Assembly: GCA_958009085.1 (NCBI GenBank)
Contig: OY253676.1
Coordinates: 186,001-250,000, forward strand
DNA length: 64,000 nucleotides
Reading direction: 5' to 3'
Source of the DNA: Protoeuglena noctilucae
Taxonomy: Eukaryota
This document shows, piece after piece, positions 25,701-39,717 of the stretch (position 1 is its first letter; every line of letters starts with the position of its first letter). The translations under genes and the position numbers were made by a program. The notes beneath the pieces are model-generated. The model saw only the letters and a list, made by a program, of their open reading frames with translations, was not told the origin of the DNA and did not search any database.

Positions 25701-28700
25701 AGAAGGTCGAGTCGCTGCGGTTCGACGTCTTCAGCAAGGACAACCAGGCGCTGTGGGACGCGGCCAAGCAGCAGTTCCAGCAGGACAACGCCGAGATCGA
25801 GCGCGCGACGAAGCAGCTCATCGACATCAGCTTCAAGAAGCTCCGGTGAGGCCCGCGAACGCCGCAGCGAGCCCCTGTCAAGCGCGGCGCTGCTTCACGG
25901 CCCATCCTGTGGCGATGCGCGACATGCTCATGCAATTATGAACTCATGTGCTCGTTTTTCTACTTGCAGGAGCGCCGAGGCGGCGTTTGAGCTGCTGCAG
26001 AACTTCAAGTCGATCAAGATGGCGGGGGCGGTGAACAAGCAGATGCTGGCCAAGTTCAACGACATCCTCGCTCAGTTCAGCAAGGAGATCGACACGACGC
26101 GGGCCATGTTCAACCAGCACCGGGACAACCCGCCCATCACGCGCAACCAGCCGCGCGTGGCGGGGTCGATCAAGTGGAGCCGGAGCCTCTTCGCGCGCAT
26201 TAAGCGCACCATGGGCCGGCTGCAGGCGCTCGACGGCGACATGCAGAGCGAGGAGCTGGCCAAGGACGTGCAGGCCAAGTACATCGCGGTGGCCAAATCC
26301 ATGATGCACTTCGAGAACAACCTCTTCAACACCTGGCGCGAGTCGGTCACGCACGCCGCCAAGCGCCACCTGCGCGAGCCCATCCTGAAGATGCTCGACG
26401 ACAAGAGCATCATCGTCAACTTCGACCCGGAGCTCCACCTCATCACGCGCGAGACGCGCTACCTCGACCGCCTGGGCTTCCCGACGCCGCTCCCGGAGAT
26501 CGCTCTGAACATCGCGCTCAAGGAGTCCAAGTACCTCGCCAAGGTCTCCGCGCTCGAGGGCATGCTGGAGATGTTCGAGTCCAACACGCGCCTTGACGAC
26601 ATGGAGCGCCGGCTGCTCGACTCCAAGCTGCGGCAGCTGCAGGGGCGGCTCGAGATGGGCTTCTCGATCCTCAACTGGAACTCGCTGGGCATCGACCAGT
26701 TCGTCAAGGACACGCGCGAGGACATCAAGAAGTTCGGGTCGACGGTCGACGAGATCCGCAAGAAGACCAAGGACATCCAAAAGGAGGTCGAGCGCATCGC
26801 CATGACGGACCTCATCGGGGACCCCGCGCCCCAGGGCGGGGAGCTCCTCGACCTGGTCGGCTTCGTCGACGCGCTCGAGCGGAGGCGCAACACGATCGTC
26901 GAGGACCTGCGGAGCAAGTACGACGAGAGCGTGCCGGCGTACCTCCAGCAGATCGCCGAGCAGATCCTGCCCAAGGAGGAGCAGCAGGTCCTGGCGGCGG
27001 GGGCGGCCAACCCGGAGGATCTCGGGCGCAAGCTCCGCAAGCACCCGCTCCTGAAGCCCTACTTCTACCACTGGGAGCGCATGGTCTTCGCGGCGCTCAC
27101 GACCATGGTCCTGCGGGCCATGGACAGCCTCAAAGAGCTGTTCGGCTCCAAGGGCGCCCGGCCGCTCTTCCGCGTCGACCTGTCGCTGGCCAAGCCCGAC
27201 ATCCTAGTCAACCCGACGGTCGGGGAGGTGGAGAAGATCCTGCAGAAGGTCATTAACCTCCCGTCCCAGTGCACCAAGGCCTTCCGGCGCTGGGAGGACG
27301 GGTCCTGCAACCCGTGCCGCAACGTGTACCCGAACGGCCCGGAGAACGACCCGTTCGTGTACACCTTCTACGACCAGATGGAGCGGCACCCGGACGTCAT
27401 CCACAAGATGCTCAACCTGGCGCGGTCGGTCAAGAAGACGGTGGGCCAAATCTCGCGCTACCTCGACCAGTGGGCCGAGCCCCAGGTCTCGTCCATGTGG
27501 AAGGACGACCGGGTGTCCATCACCGACAACTTCCTCCAGCGGCGGCCCACAAACGAGGAGCTCGAGCGGGTCATGGCCCGGTACAAGAAGATGGCGGAGG
27601 ACTTTGGCGGGCAGACGCTCGTGCTGCGCCGGGGCTTCAAGCTCAACGTGCAGGGCGCGACCTGCGACTTCATCTACGTCTCCGCGGCCAAGCTGGCGCA
27701 GGGCGTGCAGCGGGAGGTGCTCGAGTGGCTGCGCTACATCATTGAGGCCACGGCCAGCCTCGACACCCAGCGGCGCCAGGAGCGCTTGGACGTGATCGAG
27801 GGGTACATGCAGGCGCTCAAGCGGGCGCCCGAGAGCATCGACGAGCTCAAGGCGGTGCTCAACGTGGTGGCCACCATCCGCGCCACCACGATGCAAGTGG
27901 AGCTCGACTACGCGGACCTGGAGGAGCGCTACCGACTGCGGGCGCTCTACGCGCTGCCGGGCGACGAGGCCGACGCCGAGGCGGAGCTGCGGTCGGCGGC
28001 GGAGCTGCGGGACAAGTGGGCGGCCCTTTGCGCCGAGGCCGACTTCGTCGACTGGTCCCTGAGCGAGACCAAGCACGACTTCGCCGACGAGACGCTCGTG
28101 CAGACGGCGGCGTTCGGCGAGGAAGCCGCGCAGCTGCTGGCGCGGCTCAAGGCGGAGGGCCCCGGGGTGGCCGGGACCGACCTGTCGCACGGCCTGGACC
28201 TGCTGGCGGCGTTTGAGGAGGAGGCCGCGGCGATGGCGCGGCGCAAGGAGGAGCTGATGACGGCCGAGCGGCTCTTCTCGCTCCCCATCACCTCCTACCC
28301 GGAGCTGGCCCGGGCGCAGGAGCACCTGGCCCAGCAGCGCGAGGTGTACGGCGTGTATGCTGAGCACCTCGAGAACGTGCGGCAGTGGTCGTCGATGCTC
28401 TGGGCGGACCTGGACGTGAGCAAGATGATGACGGGGACGGAGGACACGCTGGGCCGACTGCGCAAGATGAAGCACCTCAAGGGGCTGGCGTCGTACGAGG
28501 CGGTGGAGCAGACGGTCGTGGGCTTCGCGGAGTCGCTGCCGCTCATGCAGAGCCTCAAGAGCCCCGCGCTGAGGCAGCGCCACTGGAAGGCGCTGATGGG
28601 CGTGACGGGCGCGACGTTCGAGATCGACCCCAAGACGTTCACGCTGGGCTCCATGTTCCAGCTGCAGCTGCACCGGTTCGCCGAGGAGATCGGCGTTATC

Positions 28701-31700
28701 GTGAGCCGCGCGGACAAGGAGCTCACGATCGAGCACGAGCTGGGCAAGGTCGAGGCTGTGTGGCGCGAGCAGCAGTTCGACTTGTTCAAGTACGTCAAGA
28801 ACAACGAGGACCGCGGCTGGTGCCTGCGGAGCGTGGAGGGCATCACGACGCTGCTCGAGGACATGCACATGAACCTCTCGAGCATGATCGCGTCGCCGTT
28901 CGTGGGCCCGTTCCTCTCCGCGGTCCAGGAGTGGGAGAAGAAGCTCGGCCTGATCGAGGAGTCGATCGGCGTGTGGATGCACGTGCAGCGCAAGTGGATC
29001 TACCTCGAGTCCATCTTCGTGTCGGACGACATCCGGCAGCAGCTGCCGCAGGAGGCCAAGCGGTTCGACGACATCGACCGCGCGTGGAAGAAGATCATGA
29101 CCGACGTGGCCAAGAACACCAACGTGCTGCAGGCCTGCCTGGCCGAGGGGCGCCTCGAGACGCTCTCCGCGCTCGCCGACAAGCTCGAGAGCTGCCAGAA
29201 GAGCCTCAGCGAGTACCTCGACACCAAGCGGTGCGCCTTCCCGCGCTTCTACTTCATCTCCGATGACGAGCTGCTCTCCATCCTGGGCACCAGCGACCCC
29301 ACGAGCGTGCAGGAGCACATGCTCAAGCTGTTCGACAACTGCGCACAGCTCAAGTTCGGCCGGGGCAACAAGACGGTGGTCGGCATGACGAGCGCCGAGC
29401 GTGAGGGGTTTGACTTCGCCGAGCCGGTGGCCATCGAGGGCGCCGTGGAGGGGTGGATGACGGGCGTGGAGCGCGCGATGCGCGACAGCCTCTACGACCT
29501 CACGCGCACGGGGGTCTTCATGTACGCGCGCTCCGACCGCGCCCGGTGGATCCGGGAGAGCCTCGGGATGCTGACGCTGGCGGGGTCGCAGGTGTGGTGG
29601 ACCTGGGAAACGGAGGACGTTTTTAAGCGCGTGCAGGCGGGCAACAAGCACGCGATGAAGGAGCTCCTGGCCAAGCTGAGCCGACAGCTGGGCGACCTGA
29701 CGACGATGGTCCGCACCGATTTGGACGACCTGACGCGCCGCAAGGTCAACACCCTGGTCATCATCGACGTCCACGCGCGCGACATCATCGATACCTTCGT
29801 CCGCGACTCGGTCATGGACATCCGGGAGTTCGCCTGGGAGTCGCAGCTGAGGTTCTACTGGGAGCGCGACGCGGACAACATGTCCATCCGGCAGTGCACG
29901 GGCGTGTTCCGGTACGGCTACGAGTACATGGGACTCAACGGCCGCCTCGTCATCACGGGCCTCACGGACCGCTGCTACATGACCCTCACCACCGCCCTGA
30001 CGTATCGCCTGGGAGGCGCCCCCGCGGGCCCCGCGGGCACCGGCAAGACCGAGACGGTCAAGGACCTGGCCAAGTCCATGGCCATCCAGTGCGTGGTCTT
30101 CAACTGCGGCGAGGGCCTGGACCACCGCGCCATGGGGTCCAACTTCTCCGGCCTGGTGCAGTGCGGCGCCTGGGGATGCTTCGATGAGTTCAATCGGATC
30201 GAGCCCGACGTGCTCAGCGTGGTGTCGAGCCAGATCAAGCAGATCCAGGAGGCGCTCAAGAACGCCCACGGGCAGGACCGGGCGCGGTTCAACTTTGAGG
30301 GCCGCGACATCACGATCGACACGCGCACGGGCATCTTCATCACGATGAACCCGGGGTACGCCGGGCGCACGGAGCTGCCCGACAACCTCAAGGCGCTCTT
30401 CCGCCCCGTCACCATGGTCGTCCCCGACAAGGAGCAGATCTGCGAGAACATGCTTTTAAGCGAGGGGTTCGACATGGCCAAGATGCTGGCGCGCAAGATG
30501 ACGGTGCTGTACAAGCTGGCGCAGGAGCAGCTGTCCAAGCAGCACCACTACGACTTCGGCCTGCGCGCGCTCAAGTCGGTGCTGGTCATGGCCGGGTCGC
30601 TCAAGCGCGGCGCGGGCGGCATGTCGGAGGAGCTGGTGCTCATGCGGGCGCTGCGGGACATGAACCTGCCCAAGTTCGTCTTCGACGACGTGCCGCTGTT
30701 CCTGGGCCTGATCGGGGACCTGTTCCCCGGCATGGACTGCCCCCGGGTGCGGTACGAGACGTTCAACGACGCGGTCGAGAAGGATTTGGAGAAGAATGGG
30801 TACGTGGTACTGAGTCAGCCGTCGGGGCAGGTCGACAAGGTGGTGCAGCTGTACGAGACGATGATCACGCGCCACACGACGATGGTCGTGGGGCAGACGG
30901 GCGGCGGCAAGTCCGTCATCCTCTCCACGCTCCGCAATGCCCAGACCAAGCTGGGCAAGAAGACCACGCTGTTCGTCATCAACCCGAAGGCCATCACTAT
31001 CGACGAGCTGTACGGGGTGCTCGACAAGGACACGCGCGACTGGACCGACGGCCTGCTGTCCAACGTCTTCCGCGAGTGCAACCGCCCGCTGCCCGCGGGC
31101 CGCGACGAGGCGCGGTACATCGTCTTCGACGGCGACGTGGACGCCAAGTGGGTCGAGAACATGAACTCGGTCATGGACGACAACAAGCTCCTCACGCTGC
31201 CCAACTCGGAGCGCATCCGGCTGCAGGACCACTGCAAGCTCCTCTTCGAGGTGTTCGACCTCCAGCACGCGTCGCCCGCCACCATCTCCCGCTGCGGCAT
31301 GGTCTACGTCGACTCGCGCAACCTGGGGTACGACCCGTACGTGCAGCGGTGGCTGGCGCGCCACGAGCACGCCGGCGAGCGCGAGGCCCTCCGGCCCTTG
31401 CTGGCCAAGTTCCTCAAGCCCCTCGTGGACTTCGTGCTCGAGGGAGCCGACGCGTTCGAGGACAAGCTCGTCCGGCGCCCGCGCATGAGCGTGCCGCTGA
31501 CGAACCTCAACATGGTGACGCAGTGCCTGCACCTGCTGTCCGCCATGCTCGGCCGCGACGGCGCCGTCACGGCCATGGACGAGGGCGCGGTCAACACGGA
31601 CGTCCTCGAGGCCATCCTGGTCTTCTGCCTCGTCTGGTCGGTCGGGGCGGCCGTGTCCGAAGAGACCGATTTCAAGGACCGGTCGAGATACGACGAGTAC

Positions 31701-34700
31701 CTGAAGAAGGTGTCCGGGCGGGCCATCCAGGACGCGGACAAGGTGCAGCCCACGCACCTGCCCAACCGGAGCCTCTACGAGTACTGCTTCGACGCCGGCG
31801 AGCGGTGCTGGCGGCGTTGGTCGGCGTTCGTGACGCCCTACGAGCCGCCGGTTGACGGGAAGTTCTCGAAGATTCTGGTGCCTACCGTGGATACGGTCCG
31901 CACCACGTGGCTGCTCGACACGGTCGTGCGCACGGGGCGGCCCTGCCTGCTGGTGGGGCAGTCGGGGACCGCCAAGTCCGTCACGGTGTCCAATTACCTG
32001 GCGCACCTGGACCGGCAGGAGTGGACGAGCCTGGCGCTGGCCTTCTCGAGCCGCACCACGTCCATGGCGGTGCAGACGGCGATCGAGGACTCAACGGAGA
32101 ACGTGACACGCGACACTCTGGCGCCCGGGTTCGGCAAGAAGATGGTCATGTTTGTCGACGACCTCAACATGCCCAAGGTCGACCTCTACGGCACGCAGCA
32201 GCCCATCGCGCTCCTCAAGCTCTTCGTGGAGCGCAAGGGCCTTTACGACCGGGGCAAGGAGCTGTCGTGGAAGAGCGTCAAGAACGTCCAGCTCGTGGCG
32301 GCGATGGGGCCACCCGGAGGGGCGCGGAACCCCGTGGACCCCCGTTTCCTGTCGCTCTTCAGCGTTTTCGAGGTGCAGTTCCCCTCCAACGCCAACCTGT
32401 CGAGCATTTTCGAGAGCATTCTCACGGAGCACGTCCGCAAGCTGCCCCGTGAGGTGGCCCTGGCCTCGGAGTCCCTCACCGCGGCCACCCTGGAGCTCTA
32501 CAACTACATCGTCGAGAAGCTCCCGCCGACGCCGAGCCGCTTCCACTACATCTTCAACTTGCGCGACCTCAGCCGCGTCTTCCAGGGCTTGCTTCTTGCC
32601 ACGCCCGACAAGATGCCCACGCCGGCGGCGTTCCTGCGCCTCTGGCGCCACGAGTGCATGCGCATCTTCCACGATCGCCTCATCTCCGCGGAGGACAAGG
32701 CCATCGTCCTGGGCAAGATTGCCTCCATCGTCAACGAGCGATACGGATCCACCAAGTGAGCGTTGGCATGGGCCGCGGCTGCGCTCCCCTGTGCCTGCGC
32801 CTGCGGGCCCTCTCTGCGGCCCGTGTCTGCTCGGACCTTGCCGCGTTCTTCAGCACCCTCCTTTGCGCAGCGCACGCCACGCATTGCTGCCGTCAACCCC
32901 AACTCCCCACACCGCCCTTCAGCACTCCCGCCCGCTCACCCCTTAGCTGCCCCTCGACTGCCAGCCCATGTCATCCACCGCATCGCTCACCCTCATCTCT
33001 CTCCCTCCCCTCCCCGCAGGGATGCCATCCTGGCGGACCCCATCCTGTTTGGCGACTACTTGACGGCGCTGAACCCCGACGAGGTGCGTCTCTATGAAGA
33101 CCTCGAGTCCTACGACGCCGTTAAGCCCGTGATGGAGGAGATCCTCGAGCAGTACAACCAGAAGAAGAAGAAGATGAACCTGGTGTTCTTCGACGATGCA
33201 TTGGAGCACCTGACGCGCATCCACCGCACGATACGCCTTGAGCAGGGCAACTGCCTGCTGGTGGGCGTGGGCGGGTCGGGCAAGCAGAGCCTGACGCGCC
33301 TGGCGGCCTTCACGGCGGGCTTCGACGTGTTCGAGATCACGCTGACCCGCGGCTACGATGAGGTGGCGTTCCGTGAGGACCTCAAGACGCTGTACGGGCG
33401 CCTCGGCCAGGAGAACAAGCGAGTTGTCTTCCTCTTCACGGACGCGCACGTGGCCGACGAGGGGTTCCTGGAGCTCATCAACAACATGCTCACGGCCGGG
33501 ATGGTGCCGGGGCTGCTGGAGCAGGCAGACCGCGACGCGGCGGTCAACTCGGTGCGGGACGAGTGCGAGCGCCTGGGGCTGCCCAACACCCCCGAGGCGC
33601 TGTGGGCCTACTACGTGTCCAAGTGCCGCAACAACCTGCACGTGGTCCTGGCCATGTCGCCCGTGGGAGAGACGCTTCGCACACGGTGCCGCAACTTCCC
33701 CGGCATGGTCAACAACACGGTCATCGACTGGTTCGAGCCATGGCCGGAGCAGGCGCTGCAGTCCGTGGCCTCGGTGTTTTTAGAGGACGTGGCGCTGCCC
33801 GAGGAGGTGCGCCCTCAGGTGGTCGAGCACATGGTGCAGGTGCACCAGAGCGTGCGGCACTTCTCGCAGCGCTTCCTCGAGGAGCTCCGCCGCCACAACT
33901 ACGTCACGCCCAAGAACTACCTGGACTTCATCCACAACTACCGCAAGTCGCTGGTGGACGGCCGGCGGCAGGTGGGCGAGATGTCGGCGCGCCTGGACGG
34001 CGGCCTGCAGAAGCTCATCCAGGCCTCGCAGGAGGTCGCGGAGCTGCAGGAGAACCTGAACGCGGCCTCCGTGGTGCTGGCGGCCAAGACCAAGGAGGTC
34101 AACACCCTCATCGCGGAGATCCGCACGAACAAGGCCGAGGCGGAGGCGTCATCGGCCGAGGCCAAGAAGCGAAGCGAGGAGGTGTCGGTGATGAGCGAGC
34201 GCATCGCGGTGGACAAGGCCGAGGCCGAAGAGGCCCTGGACGCGGCTCTGCCTGCGCTCGAGGCCGCCAAAGAGGCGCTCAACAACATCGACGCCGACCA
34301 GATCAACGTGATCAAGTCGTACGCGAACCCGCCCAAGCTGGTGCAGACGGTGGTGGAGATGGTGGTGATCATCAAGAAGCACGGCGGCGGCAAGGACGTG
34401 TCGTGGGCCGCCGGCAAGTCGATGCTCAACCAGGCGGGCTTCCTCAACTCCCTCATCCTCTTCAACCTCGACACCCTCGAGGACCGGTCCATCTCCCGCG
34501 TCGAGAAGCAGTACCTGCGGCGCCCGGAGATCGTCCACGACGAGACGGTGCGTGGCGCGTCGCTCGCCGCGTACGGTCTCTTGCAGTGGGTCAAGGCCAT
34601 GGTCAACTACCACAACTTGGCGAAGGACGTGGCGCCGAAGCGCGCGGCGGTCGAGAAGGCGACGCGGGACCTGCAGTCGGCGAAGAAGGAGTTGAAGGAG

Positions 34701-37700
34701 ATGGAGACGAAGGTGGCGCAGTTGACGGAGCTGCTGGCGCAGCTGGACGCGCAGCTGCGGGAGAAGACGGTGGAGCAGGCGCAGCTGCAGCACGACAACG
34801 ACGTGATGCAGCGGCGGCTCGAGTCGGCGAGCAAGTTGATCGACGGGCTGGGCTCCGAGAAGCGGCGGTGGGGCGAGGAGCTGCAGCGGCTGGCCAGCAA
34901 GAAGGAGAAGCTGGTGGGCGACTGCTTGCTCACGAGCTCCTTCCTGTCGTACGCGGGCGCCTTCACGCACGACTTCCGGTGCCGGATGACGTACGAGGAG
35001 TGGCTCGAGGACGTGATGCGGCGGCAGCTGCCCGTGAGCCGCCCTTTCCGCCTCGAAGAGCTGCTGACGACCGAGGTGGAGATGGCGCAGTGGGCCTCCG
35101 AGGGTTTACCGAGCGACGAGCTGTCGATCCAGAACGGTATCCTCACGGTCCGCGCCAGCCGCTTCCCGCTGTGCATCGATCCCCAGATGCAGGCCGTGTC
35201 GTGGGTCAAGCGGCGGGAGGGCTCGCGCCTCGACGGCCGCGTCAAGACGTTCAATGACAGCGACTTCCTCAAGCAGCTGGAGCTGGCGATCCAGTACGGG
35301 TTCCCGTTCCTGTTCGAAAACCTCGACGAGTACATCGACCCCGTCATCGACCCCGTTTTGGAAAAGAGTCTCGTGGCGCAGCCGAGCGGGCGGTTCGCGG
35401 TGCGTCTGGGCGACAAGGACGTCGAGTGGGACAACAACTTCCGCCTCTACATGTGCACCAAGTGGGCCAACCCGCATTACGGCCCGGAGGTGTCCGGCAA
35501 GACCATGGTCATCAACTACGGCGTGACACAGCAGGGTCTCACGGAGCAGCTGCTCAACGTGACGGTGCGCCACGAGCGGGCGGACCTGGAGGAGCGCCGC
35601 GAGTCGCTCATCCACAGCATGAGCGAGGCCCAGGCGGAGCTGAAGGATTTGGAGGACACGCTCCTGAGCGAGCTGTACAAGGCGGAGGGCCTGATCCTGG
35701 ACAACCGCGAGCTGATCGAGACGCTGGAGAAGGCCAAGGCGCGGTCCGTGGACATCTCGCGGCAGCTGGCCGACTCAAAACGTGCTGCGACTGAGATCGA
35801 GGAGGTGCGGCAGCGGTACGTCCCCGCGGCCAAGCGCGGCGCGATCCTCTTCTTCGCGATGGCCTCGCTCAGCGCCATCAGCAACATGTACGAGTACTCC
35901 CTGGCGAGCTTCCTCACCGTGTTCCGGGGGTCGCTCGAGCACTCGCGCAAAGACGCCGTGCTGGACGTCCGCCTGCGCAACATCGTCGACAGCCTCACCT
36001 ACGACGTCTACTCCTACACGTGCCTGGGCCTCTTCGAGCGCCACAAGCTCACCTTCAGCTTCCAGATGGCGATTCGCCTGCAGGAGGGCGAGGGGCAGAT
36101 GGTGCCCCACTTCCTGGACTTCTTCCTCAAGGGCAACCTGTCGCTCGAGAAGTCCGAGCGCAAGCGGCCCTTCACGTGGCTGCCCGAGCAGGGCTGGGAG
36201 GACATGCAGCGGCTGGCGGCGCTCCCGCCCGCCCCGGGCGCCGACCGCATGCCCCTGGCGGGCCTGGCGGACTCCGTCGCGGCGCACGAGGCCCAGTGGC
36301 GCGCATACTACGACAGCGAGGCCCCCGAGGAGCTCCCGGTGCCGTTCTTTGAGGAAGAGATTGGGACGTTCGAGCGCCTGATGGTGTTGCGGTGCCTGCG
36401 CATGGACCGCGTCACGCTGGGGGTGCAGCTGTACGTGAGCCACCACATGGGGGATAAGTACGTCGCCCCGCCGGTCCAGGACTTCCGCAGCATCTTCCGG
36501 CAGTCGTCGCCGACCACCCCGGTCGTGTTCGTGCTGTCGCCGGGCGCCGACCCCTCCTTCGACCTCATCCGCCTCGGTGAGGAGATGGGGTTCAAGCTGG
36601 GCGCCAAGCTGAAGAGCATGGCGCTCGGGCAGGGCATGGGGCCTAAGGCGAAGGAATACATTGAGCTGGGCGCGACACGCGGGCTGTGGGTGCTGTTGCA
36701 GAACTGCCACCTGCTGCCCAAGTGGCTCAAGGACCTGGAAAAGATCCTGGAGAAGGTCCTGGACCCGCACCCCGACTTCCGCCTGTGGCTGACCACGGAG
36801 CCCACGGACAAGTTCCCCTTGGGCATCCTGCAGCGGTCGCTCAAGGTGGTCACCGAGCCGCCCAACGGCCTCAAGCTCAACATGCGCGCCAGCTACTCCA
36901 AGATCACGGACGAGTCGCTGGGGGAGTGCCCGCACGCGGCCTTCAAGCCCCTGGTGTACGTGCTTGCTTTCTTCCACGCGGTGGTGCAGGAGAGGCGCAA
37001 GTACGGCAAGCTGGGGTGGAACGTGCCGTACGACTTCAACGAGACCGACTTCCGCATCTCCATGGCCCTCATCAGCACCTACCTGGGCAAGCAGGTCGAC
37101 AACAACGACTCGCTCATCCCGTGGGGGACCCTGCGCTACCTTATCGGGGAGGTGAGGTGGTTGGTTGGTTGGCTGGTTGGTTGACGACATGGGTAGTGGG
37201 GGCGGCTGCCTTGGTCGAACCACCCCTGTGCTGCGCTCTGTACCTCTTTCACGCGCTCTCTTTGTCTGGCTTTTGTTGCGCACACCGGTGCCTTTCTCGC
37301 CATCACTCGGTTCCCACTCTCACCCTCACCCTCACCCTCACCCTCACTGCCACCCTCACCCTCACCCTCCCCCGCAGGCCATGTACGGCGGCCGCGTGTC
37401 GGACTCGTTCGACCGCCGCATCCTCACCACCTACCTCGACGAGTACCTCGGGGACTTCCTGTTCGACACCTTCCAGCCCTTCCACTTCTTCAAGAACGAG
37501 AACGTCGACTACTCGGTGCCGGACACGGGGCCCCGGAACGTGTACGTGGGGGCGATCGAGGCCTTACCGCTCGTGCAGACGCCCGAGGTGTTCGGCCTGC
37601 ACCCCAACGCCGACATCTCCTACTACTCCTCGTCCACCAAGGCCCTGTGGTCGAACTTGGTCGAGATGCAGCCCCGCACCGGCACCTCGGGCACCGGGAT

Positions 37701-38813
37701 GAGCCGGGAGGAGTACATCGGCAACGTGGCCAACGACGTGCGCGACCGCATCCCCGACCCCTTCGACCTGGCCGTGCTGCGGAAGGAGGTCGGGACGCCC
37801 ACGCCCGTGCAGGTCGTGCTGCTGCAGGAGCTGGAGCGGTGGAACTTGGTCATCCACGTGATGCGGACGTCGCTTAAGGACCTGTCGCGTGCGCTGGCGG
37901 GGGAGATCGGGTTCTCATCCAGCCTCGAGGCGCTCGCGAACAGCCTCTACAACGGCCAGCTGCCCGTCAGCTGGGCCAAGGCGAACCCCAAGACGCAGAA
38001 GATGCTGGGGTCGTGGATGCTGTGGTTCGAGAGGCGGTACCGCCAGTACCAGAGTTGGGCGCGCGAGGGGGAGCCCAAGGTCATGTGGATCTCCGGGCTG
38101 CACATCCCGGAGACGTACATTGCCGCCCTGGTGCAGACGGCCTGCCGCGACAAGGGCTGGCCCCTCGACAAGAGCACGCTGTACACCCAGGTGCGAGGCG
38201 CGGTGCATTGCATGGCGATGAGTCACTGCGAGTCACAGGCTGAACAAACGCTAGAAGACATGCAATCGGATCGCATGTTGTCAGCGAGATTTAAACCCCT
38301 GTCGCGTTCTCCCCTCGCAGGTCACGCGCTTCGCGAGCGCGGACCAGGTCAAGGAGAAGCCCAAGTACGGCTGCTACATCCAGGGGCTGTACCTGGAGGG
38401 CGCGGCATGGGACGCAGACCGCAACATGCTCACCAAACAGAACCCGAAGGTCCTGGTCACGGAGCTGCCCATCTTGCAGATCGTGCCGATGGAGGCGTCC
38501 AAGCTCAAGCTCTCCAACACCTTCAAGGCGCCTGTGTACACCATGCAGGACCGCAGGAACGCGATGGGGGAGGGGCTCGTGTTTGAGGCCGACCTCGCCA
38601 CCGGTGAGACCCCTGCAGTGGCTGGCTGCGTGCGGTCTCGCGCATGTTTCGATTACATTGCACTTCATGCCTTCGTCATCTTTGGATCGCGATGCGTGCT
38701 GGTTGCCGGACCGGGTGTCTGACCCCGCCACGCCTGCCCTTGCGCACGCAGACCAGCACCCCAGCCACTGGGTGCTCCAGGGCGTGGCCCTGTGCCTCAA
38801 CATCGACACGTGA
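22768..38813 (+). CDS. DNAH10: Axonemal inner-arm dynein I1/f alpha heavy chain (DNAH10 / Chlamydomonas DHC1 orthologue), about 14 exons
   Basis: P-loops GPAGTGKT, GQTGGGKS, GQSGTAKS and GVGGSGKQ; WGCFDEFNRI; FITMNPGYAGRTELPDNLK; stalk coiled coil. N-terminal DLREAWLVSRV and C-terminal HPSHWVLQGVALCLNIDT* resemble DNAH10 as I recall it. Confidence 0.93.
37159..37183. repeat. (GGTT)n microsatellite in a dynein intron
   Basis: ggttggttggttggctggttggttg. Confidence 0.8.
37320..37370. repeat. (CACCCT)n hexamer repeat at the 3' end of a dynein intron
   Basis: caccctcaccctcaccctcaccctcactgccaccctcaccctcaccctcc. Confidence 0.9.
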
Positions 38814-39717
38814 TGCGCTAGATCTCTGGAGAGTCACGTCAGAGATCGTGCTTTGTGATGTCTAGACCTAACAGGTCGCACCCATGCTGCTTTTCTGTCC
38901 GGACCTCTTTAGATGCGCCCTTTCTGCCACAGCCACGTAGCGCTCCACTCTGCTGCCGCAGTCAGCACCCCACACTTCCTCGCGACGATAGTCTTCTTTG
39001 AATAGCCGGTGATCATGGCGGTGCATCTTCGTTCGGAAAGCCCCCCAACAGCTGCCGCGCCCTGGCAAGCCACGCAGCCGGGGCTGCCGCGTGCAGGGCG
39101 GCAGCCCTGTGGGGGAAGTTCGAGATGCTCTCCTTCCTGATCAGCCGGGGCGGAGCGCGGCCCCGACCATCGCATGAGCGCATGACCCAACCAACGACCC
39201 AACCAACTCACTTCAAAGGTGCTGGGCCCTTAGGAACGAGGGCGGGTGCCCGTTAGGGGACGCAGGGCTGCACCAACGCAGCGGGGCCTCCAGCAAAGGT
39301 AGCGGGGCAGCAGGCGGGGCCCGCTGCAAGGCTCACAAGGGGGCCGGGCCGGGGCATAAACACTAGCTCTACCTCAGGGGAGGGCTGAACGGGCGACCGA
39401 GCAGCGGAGAGGTGCGGGTGAGAGGCGCCCGGACACGAGAGAGGGCAGCACAATGCAGCGAGCAGAAATGCGCGGGCGGGCAAGTGGAGAGGGCTGCAGC
39501 AAGAAGGCAAGCAGCGAGGCAGCGAGGCAGCGAGCAGGGCGCGGCGGGGGTGGCCAAAAGCGGACGAGCAGGAGGTGCGGCAGGCGGCATGGCGCTGCGC
39601 GCTTCCCCGGCGAGCTGCTCGGCAACGAGGCGCCGCCAGGCAGCGGCGGTGCGTGAGCCAAACGGGCACCGCGCACGGGAGGGAAGCTGCCGCTGGGCAG
39701 TGGCGCGGAGGGCCCCA

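Noticed and set aside
25260..25969. N-terminal part of the 2499-aa ORF as given in the ORF track
   Set aside because: Out-of-frame and intronic read-through. The real dynein exons here are in other frames and the large exon starts at about 25970.
27204..30269. 1021-aa minus-strand ORF and other long antisense ORFs over the dynein gene
   Set aside because: Shadow ORFs produced by extreme GC3 bias in the sense gene; no domain motifs.
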